From Octopus vulgaris (taxonomy: Eukaryota), in NCBI GenBank assembly GCA_951406725.2, contig OX597816.1:23622001-23686000 (forward strand): a DNA stretch of 64,000 bases. The letters are read 5' to 3'. The notes under the pieces are model-generated. The model made no database searches, was not told the DNA's origin, and was given only the letters and a program-made list of their open reading frames with translations. This document shows, piece by piece, positions 55,218 through 64,000 of the stretch; the first letter of the stretch is position 1; every line of letters begins with the position of its first letter. The translations under genes were made by a program, and so were the position numbers.

Positions 55218-55686
55218 ATTATAAATTTGAGAGCACTAGTAATTAAGATATCCATTCGACCAAGCGCCATCGAACAAAATTCATATCCAAAAACCAGTAC
55301 TTCTGAATTTATACAGACGAGTAAGGGCTTGCACCGTCTCAAAATCACCCACGTGTGTTACGAGTAATCCCGCAAAAACTGCAGTTTACTATCAGGGAGA
55401 GAATTATATTATCAATAATAATAAAGGGTAAAATTAATTAATCAATTTATAATTGATAATCTTACCAAGTAGTTCGGTATGTTAAAAGAACGTATGTTAA
55501 AAGAACGTGGGTGATTGGGAGAAGGTGGGAGCCCTTACTCGTCTGTATAAATTCGGAAGTACTGGTTTTTGGATATGAATTTTGTTCGATGGCGCTTGGT
55601 CGAATGGATAACTTAATTACTAGTGCTCCCAAATTTGTAATCTACTTGGTAAGATTATTAATTATAAATTGATTAATTAATTTTAC

Positions 55687-55692
<6 letters not shown>
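55218..55692. repeat. Interleaved inverted repeats A-B-A'-B'
   Basis: A 55218-55354 pairs with A' 55505-55641; B 55421-55472 pairs with B' 55642-55692; 15-bp tandem GTATGTTAAAAGAAC at 55477-55506. Confidence 0.9.
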
Positions 55693-55752
<60 letters not shown>

Positions 55753-55759
55753 GTATAAG

Positions 55760-56430
55760 AATAAATAAGAATAACAAGGGACCAGAAAACTATGCTGGTC
55801 CTATGGAGGACATTTGTCCTCAGCCGTCTGGATTACTGCTCTCAACTGTGGTCACCTTACACTGTATTAAACTCTAGTATTAATAGCAGAACTTGAGGCG
55901 GTTCAGCGATACTACACGAGGAAGATTGCATCAATGAATCAGCTGAACTACTGGGTGAGACTGAAAGAGCTACGACTCTTCTCCCTGGAGCGAAAACGGG
56001 AAAAATATGTAGTGATATATGTGTGGAAGATACTAGAGGGCTAGCACCAAACTCTAGAATTGAGAGTCATACCAGACCTCGAAATGGGTGTCACTGCACC
56101 GTTCCAAAACTCCAAGCTGTCTCATCTAAGGCGAGAATCATGTACTGCAACACCTTGTGATTAAAGGGTCCACAGCTGTTTAACTCTTTGCCAAAACATC
56201 TGAGGGATCTCCATGGAGAGGGACTAGATGGTTTCAAGAAACAACTTGACCGCTTGTTCTCCAAGATCGCAGGTGAACCAAGACAGGAAACTCAAAATAG
56301 AGCAGCGGTATCGAACTTCCTCCTTCACCAAAAGCCAAATCCATAGAATTGGCCAATTAAAGGGTGATTACACTGGCGGTGATCCAGCATGGCCGTAGCC
56401 TCATGGGTGAAACATATAAAATAATAAAAG
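55760..56430 (+). mobile_element. CR1-group LINE 3' fragment (pseudogenised)
   Basis: RLDYCSQLWSP..LEAVQRYYTRKI..LNYWVRLKELRLFSLERKREKYVVIYVWKILEG..GPQLFNSLPKHLRDL; 3' tail GGCGGTG..CATGGCC..GAAAC. Confidence 0.9.
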
Positions 56431-56454
56431 AATATATATATATACATGCATACT

Positions 56455-56980
<526 letters not shown>

Positions 56981-57070
56981 TATATATATATATATACATA
57001 CATATACATGCATACTTACATACATACATATATGCATGCATTTATATATGTATGTATGTATGTGCGTATG

Positions 57071-57116
<46 letters not shown>

Positions 57117-57368
57117 CTGTACGCCCGTACAATTTTGGTGTACAGTACTGTCATAGTTATAGGTACCTGCGCATTAAGTTTGATATAAGATTGACGGTTG
57201 TGCCCTACTTGAGGTCAACTATTAAAGTCAACTCGCCACACTGTATATCTGGCTTTATCTGCAATCTATTGAAATGCTAAAGAACTGTCAATTTTTATTT
57301 GGTGAGATAATGTTGGGACGAGTACAGGCACACATACAAACACACACACACATGCATACTCACACGCG

Positions 57369-57423
<55 letters not shown>

Positions 57424-57439
57424 CTGTGTCTGTATGCGC

Positions 57440-57489
<50 letters not shown>

Positions 57490-57517
57490 GTATATATATA
57501 TGTATATAATATATATA

Positions 57518-57564
<47 letters not shown>

Positions 57565-57700
57565 GTATATATATATGTATATAATATATATAATATAATA
57601 TATATATATATATATATGGACATGCGTCTATATGTGTGTGTACATGTTTATACGTATGGATACACATATGTCTATATAAATATATATACATGTATATGTA

Positions 57701-57732
<32 letters not shown>

Positions 57733-58416
57733 GTATATATATATATATATACATATATATACATACATGTATATGTCTATGTAGCTATAGATAGATAGAT
57801 ATATATATACATATATATATGTATATATCTGTATGTATACATACAAATATGTATACATAAATTTATATATCTATCTATATATGGTAGGCACACATACACA
57901 CACATCATGCATATACACATGTGTGTGTGTGTGTGTATGTGTGTATGTATGTGTGAGAGAGAGTATGCATATGTATATATGTACGTATAGGAATCACAAA
58001 TATGAGGTGTTATTATATACATAGAAATTTAAAGTGCTACATTTTCTGCACCAGCAACATATTACGCATACATCTTTCGGTTCGTGATGTCTATAATATC
58101 TAAATACTTCCATGATAATATTCCAATTTTTAATACGCTCACTGTTTCCACGTCTAAGGTTGGATGTACTGTTGTCTTATGCGAAAATAAAAGTAAAATA
58201 TAAATACTTCATAAGAACCCTGCGTTTTATATGTGCCGTTGCTTAGCTTGGCTTCATGGCTTTGAGTAGAGGAGAGACCAATTAAACCATCTTTTCTATT
58301 AGATACGATGACGGTCTACCACAGTTGATTCCTTGGTGATATGCAGCTTAATCTTTATAGTTTTGTGAGCCAAACCAATGCAATATATAGTGATCTTACC
58401 AATTCAGACGAATATT

Positions 58417-58830
58417 AGATCTTTTCGGTTTGAACGGCAGATTTTTAAAATAATTTCCACGTAACTAAACACTTTTAAACTTCGTATACTGGTAGAATGT
58501 GTTTATAAAACATCTTTTTCTCCTTGGCTTTATTGAGAAAATTCTATAGTTTGTAAGATATTTGTTGTTTTTTTGCCTTCAATTTCTGCAATTTCAACCA
58601 ATCAATGACGTCTATTGCGGTGAAAACATTCTGTGCCGTATGAATATGTCCCTCGTTTAATAAACAGATTGGGTTTATTTGCATTTCTGAAGAAAAAAAA
58701 GATACCCTTCCCCCAACCCCTAACCCTAAAACAGATTGAAATGCAATAGATCGATACTAGGGTCATAATTATGGGTGACAATTTCATATGACACCGCTAT
58801 TAAAAACTGCCGTTCAAACCGAAAAGATCC
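58417..58830. mobile_element. MITE with ~23-bp TIRs (superfamily uncertain)
   Basis: GATCTTTTCGGTTTGAACGGCAG / CTGCCGTTCAAACCGAAAAGATC; 8-bp flanks CGAATATT/CGAAAATT. Confidence 0.85.
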
Positions 58831-59234
58831 CGAAAATTTTCCATAAAACATACATTTACACATACACACACATACGTATACTCACAACATTAAAAGTGCT
58901 GTTTAAGTATTCGGCAGTGATAGAAATCTGTAGTCAAATTTAACGCAGTATCATCTGCCTGCTACGTCTTCGAGAATCGGTTCATTATAGTATTTATGTT
59001 CCCCACAACTTAACTAACAATATTTGTTCTTAACATCTGACAATAAACGACAGAATTACAAAGCGAAAGGCAAAAAATATGGGAAAGTGTGTGCTACAAG
59101 TGAAGTAAATCCAACTGAGAATCGAAATTGTATTAATGGTTCATTTTGACGATTCATCTATAATTCATCACCACAACATGAAGTTCGTTGCTGATTTAGA
59201 CAATAAACTTGATCTCTCTCTCTCTATATATATA

Positions 59235-59637
59235 CTAGCAGTATCGCCCGGCGTTGCTAGGGTTTGTAAGGGAAATAACTATATAAGCATTTTTAGAGAT
59301 GTAAAGTATAATAGCCATCTCAATATGGCTAACCACAAAGGGGGGGGGGGGGGTGTTACTGTAGCTTTTTACGTTCTGAGATTTAATAATACATTTTTAG
59401 AGAGTTACTTCCCTTTTATATAATAGCAAAAAAATGCATTAAAAATGGGAAAAAAATTATGGTAAATTTTTTTTTAAATCGTAGACTCATCGTAGACGCG
59501 CGCTAATACCCAGAAAGGCTCGATATGAATCACGACTATAAGATACCCGCTTTTGGTTACACTGCACCGCAAAATGTGGGAGTAGTTAGGAATCTAAATC
59601 GTAGGAGACAGACACACAACTTCACTTTTATATATAA

Positions 59638-59640
<3 letters not shown>
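59235..59640 (-). mobile_element. Non-autonomous Helitron
   Basis: The minus strand starts TCTTTATATATAAAA and ends with the hairpin CCCTAGCAACGCCGGG then CTAG; inserted between A and T with no TSD. Confidence 0.8.
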
Positions 59641-59699
<59 letters not shown>

Positions 59700-59705
<6 letters not shown>

Positions 59706-62185
59706 TCAGCTCAGAGCTGTGGCCATGTTGATGCACCGCCGTTTTGCTACACTGTTATTACTAAGAGCCTCCTCTAATATGTCGCACTTGGTGAAGAATG
59801 GAGTTTGATATAGCTACCCTCATTTGCACCTCTTGCGTGAGGTAGGTTCATCTGGGACTCTCGACAGGAAGAGGTCCAGTTTTGATTTTAAAACCACTAC
59901 ATCTACTTTATGCAGGTTCCTCAGACTCTTTGGGAGAATATTAAAAACCTGTGGGCCACTGAAACCCAGGCTGTTGCAGTAACTGGTCCTGAGGCGCGAT
60001 GGCATTGCTGGGATGTTTAGCACTCTGCAGTGTCGTCCCGTTCTGGCATTTGTGTAGCTTTCAATGCCAAAATTTGGCACAATTCCTTCCATATATATAC
60101 TACTGCATATCTCTCCCGTCTTCTTTCCAGGGAATAGAGTTTTAGCTGTTTCAAACTTTCCCAGTAGCTGAGCTGTTGCAAAGAGACGATCTTCTTTGTG
60201 AATCTTCTCTGGATTGCTTCAAGGTCCGCTGTTAATTTTACACTGGTGGGTGATCATAGCTGTGAGCAGTAATCCAGGCGGCTGAGGACGAATGTCCGCC
60301 AGAGGACCATCATGGTTTCCTTATCTCTGGTTCTGAATGTTCTTAGGATTCATTCAGCCAGTCATCTGCACTTTGTCGCCATCCTGGTAATGCGCACTTG
60401 GAAAGAGGTATCATCACTCATGTCAATACCCAGGTCCCTCACTGATTTAGGCTCTAGGATTGAAATTTCCTGTATTCCGGTGTACCCTGTAAGTTTCATA
60501 TTCAGTTTTGGATGCTGGTAGCGCAGGGTTTGGAATTTTTCAGCATTAAACTGCATATTATTATCCTCAGCCCATCTGTAAATTGAGTCCAACTCCTGCT
60601 GCAGGTGTGCAACATCACTGGCGTTCTGTATTTTCTGCCAGACTTTCGTATCATCTGCATAGCTTGCAAGGGTGGCTATCTGGGCACTTGAGGGCATATC
60701 TGAGAGGGCCACTATGAAAAGCAGTGGTCCCAAGACAGTGCTCTGTGGAACACCGCTCACTATTTGTGTGTTCATAGAGGTGGCTCCATTAGCCACTCCT
60801 GCCTGACTCCTATCTTTCAGGAAGTCATGTAACCACTCTCCAAGTTTTCCAGCTATGCCAAGGTTACTCAGTTTGTGGCATATCATACCATGATCCACCT
60901 TGTCAAAAGCTTTTGCAAAATCAAGGTATATTACGTCCACATTTGATTTGTTGAGTAACTGCCTCAACACCCAGTCATAATGTTGTAAGAGCTGGGTCAG
61001 GCAGCCCCTACCTGGTCGAAAACCATGATGGATATCACTTAGCAAGTTATTATTTTCAAGGAATGCGATTAGTTTCCCTCTGACTATCCGTTCCATGACT
61101 TTGCTGATGTGTGAAGTCAGAGAGACAGGCCTATAGGTTTTGGCATCTGCTCTACTTCCCCCTTTATGTATTGGGCATATTATTCCCTCCTTCAGCTTGC
61201 TTGGCAGTTTGCCATTTGTAAGAAAGCTCTGGAAGAGAATCTGGAGGGGTTTTGCCAGGGCATGCTTACATAATTTGAGGAGGATTGCTGGGAAACCATC
61301 AGGACTAGCAGTTGAGTTTGTGTCAACTTCATCTATGACTAGTAGTATATCATCTTCGCTAATGTCAATGTATTCCATTGTAACTGCCTCGCTGGTTATA
61401 GGTGAGGCGGCAAAGAAGTCCACTGGTTCGTTCACTTGTCTGTGTTCCAACGGGGTGGTAAAGACACTTTTGAACTAGTCATTCAGCACCTCACTGATCT
61501 TAGTTAGACTGTCTGTGAGGGAGCCATCCTTTTGGAGGAGGGGTCCTATCTTGCAGTGTACTGAGGCTGTTTCTTTTGCGTAATGAAAGAAGGCATTTGG
61601 GTTTGACTTAATGTTTTTTTATAACCCAGGCTTCTTTGTCTGCGTTCTCCCTCACATAGGATTGTTGCAGCCTTTTTTCGATTTCCATCAGTGCTGTTTT
61701 TAGGCTGGACGTTTCGCTACTTTTGGGATGTTGGTTGAGTCGATTTGCAACCTTTGTCCGTCGTCTCATGAGGATCTTCCTTTCCCTTGGAATCTCGTTC
61801 TTATTTGTTTTGGCCATGTGCTCTGGGACATATTTCTGACATATGGCTTGCACAACAGACATGAAACATTCTAGTTTCATATCAATGTCTGGTGTGGAGA
61901 GACATTTTGGCCAGTCCTCTCTGAAGATCTCTTTTGGGATCGATTTCCAATCTGCTTTGTGGAAGTTCAGATTGGAGAGATTTCGGGTGCTTCCTTTAGG
62001 CTGTATGTCTCTGGTTACTTTCGATCCAAACATAGACAGCTCTATAATGTTGTGATCTGAGACTAATGTCAGCGTCACTTTCACATCATGAATGATGTCC
62101 ATATTGTTCGTGAAGCAGAGATCCAGAATGTTATTCGCCCCAGTTGTTCTGAGTACAGCTTGCTCCATGAGTAGGGCATTGGTGT
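59700..62185 (-). mobile_element. CR1-group LINE, 2.5-kb 5'-truncated copy with disrupted ORF2
   Basis: End of the APE domain (NILDLCFTNN) at 61608-62168, RT at 60362-61450 (YLDFAKAFDKVDH, GVPQSTVLGPLLF, YADDTK), C-terminus at 59820-60092, 3' stem-loop into (TA)n; stops and frameshifts between pieces. Confidence 0.95.
60362..61450 (-). pseudogene. Reverse transcriptase domain of LINE ORF2 (362-aa open segment)
   Basis: Canonical non-LTR RT motifs YRPVSLTSHISKVMERIV, HGFRPGRGCLTQL and YADD. Confidence 0.9.
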
Positions 62186-62280
62186 GTATGTATTAATATG
62201 TCGACGTCCGAATAGCGAACACGTACAACACAGAGTAACCGCTTGTTTACATTCAGCTTCCAATAAATTATATAACTCTA

Positions 62281-63048
62281 AGGCAGCGAGCTGCGAGAAA
62301 CCGTAGCACGTCGGGCGAAATGCTTAGCGGTATTTCGTCTGCCGTTACGTTGTGAGTTCAAATTCCGCCGAGGTCGACTTTGCCTTTCATCCTTTCGGGG
62401 TCGATAAATTAAGTACCAGTTGCGCACTGGAGTCGATGTAATCGACTTAATACCTATGTCTGTCCTTGTTTGTCCTCTCTGTGTTTAGCCTCTTGTGGGT
62501 AATAAAGAAATAGGTATTTTGTCTGCCGTTACGTTCCCACTTCAAATTCCGCCGAGGTCGACTTTGTCTTTCATCCTTTCGGGATCGATAAATTAAGTAC
62601 CAGTTACGCACTGAGGTCGATGTAATCGACTTAATCCGTTTCTCTGTCCTTGTTTGTCCCCTCTGTGTTTAGCCCCTTGTGGGTAGTAAAGAAATAAGTA
62701 TTTCGCCTGCCGTTACGTTCTGAGTTTAAATTCCGCCGAGGTCGACTTTGCCTTTCATCCTTTCGAAGTCTATTAAATAAGTACCAGTTACGCACTGGGA
62801 TCGAGTAATCGACTTAATCCGTTTATCTGTCCTTGTTTGTCCTTTCTCTGTTTAGTCCCTTGTGGGTAGTAAAGAAATAGGTATTTCGTCTGTTTTTACG
62901 TTCTGAGTTCAAATTCCACCGAGGTCGACTTTGCCTTTCATCCTTTCGGGGTCGACAAATTAAGCACCAGTTGCGTACTGGTGTCGATCTAATCGATTGG
63001 GCCCCTACCCAGAAATTGTGGGTCTTGTGCTTAGAGTAGAGAAGAATA
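62281..63048 (+). mobile_element. SINE family 2 tandem array: head + 3x(body-tail A) + body-tail B
   Basis: Units restart at GTATTT near 62329, 62512, 62697 and 62880 (period about 184 bp); TSD AATAA(A/G)TTATATAACTCT. Confidence 0.9.
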
Positions 63049-63185
63049 AGTTATATAACTCTAATTTCACCATTGAAAATTCTCTTTCTTCCATCTTCTT
63101 CACACTTAAATGTCTACCTCTGTGTGAGTGTATGTATGTGCATGAGTATGTATGTATAATATAATAAAGCTAGACGTATAATATT

Positions 63186-63255
<70 letters not shown>

Positions 63256-63348
63256 ATTTTATCATTATTAATCGACAGAAGTTTCATAGCTACAAGGGGT
63301 TAAAAGACAACGCTGAATACCACTACACACACACACACACACACACAT

Positions 63349-63416
<68 letters not shown>

Positions 63417-63496
63417 ATGAATGTATGTATGTATGTATATACGTATATATATATTATTTACGTGTGCTTTGACTTCTGTTTTTACCAACAAACCTA

Positions 63497-63545
<49 letters not shown>

Positions 63546-64000
63546 TATATACACTAACCTCACACACACATATATAAAGAGAGAGAGAGGTATGGGAAGG
63601 AGAGGAAGGGGAGGTGGTTGTGTAAGAGCAAGAAAGCTAGACAAATACAGTCGACAAATAGACAAACAACGCTTAAAGTAAACACAACTGTCAATATAGT
63701 TTTATTGGAAGAAGATCTCACTCAGAGCCTGTGCAACAGAGTACAATAGAAACAGTCAGTCGAAAGAGCAAAGAAGAAACGAATCGGCAAACAGACGAAT
63801 TCTTCCTATTATTTTCATGCTAGATTTCTATACTTCCACCTCCAAGCAGTAATGTATTTTCTTTCGCTTTAGGTGGAAATGTACAGCCTTCCGAGATACG
63901 TGGAGAAGTGTGTATATCCTGCAACCTTAAGCGAATAAAACGTGCACTGGCGGTGGAGAGCCAAAGTTGGTTTAATCCATAAGATTTTGAACTGCAAACG

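Noticed and set aside
58710-58730. CCCTAACCCTAA as interstitial telomere
   Set aside because: Only two units, internal to a MITE.
62281-63048. CRISPR-like regular array
   Set aside because: Units are homologous over their whole length with no unique spacers; eukaryotic SINE context and no cas genes.

Overview
AT-rich eukaryotic DNA dense in microsatellites and retroposons. The SINE families and the (TA)n/(CA)n/(TACA)n load strongly suggest an octopus or other coleoid cephalopod genome (inference from recalled repeat families, not a database hit). I found no convincing host protein-coding gene. Almost all listed ORFs are translated microsatellites, SINE text or antisense reads of decayed transposons. 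The window holds at least four tRNA-headed SINE families (about 40 copies), three CR1-group LINE 3' fragments, RTE and R2/Hero fragments, several Penelope-like element (PLE) relics, a decayed Ty3/Gypsy integrase, mariner and hAT DNA transposons, Helitron-type elements and long fold-back hairpins. The most striking signal is RNA-structural: about 11 type I hammerhead-ribozyme-like motifs. Seven sit in two related families of ~200 bp non-coding elements that mostly abut (TA)n tracts. A near-canonical hammerhead at 55143-55211 lies beside an interleaved inverted-repeat structure. Also notable are a two-hairpin 3' element that covaries across three LINEs and the main SINE, modular head/tail swapping among SINEs, and SINE multimers under single target-site duplications. 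All alignments were made by eye, and boundaries are approximate unless a TIR or TSD is quoted.
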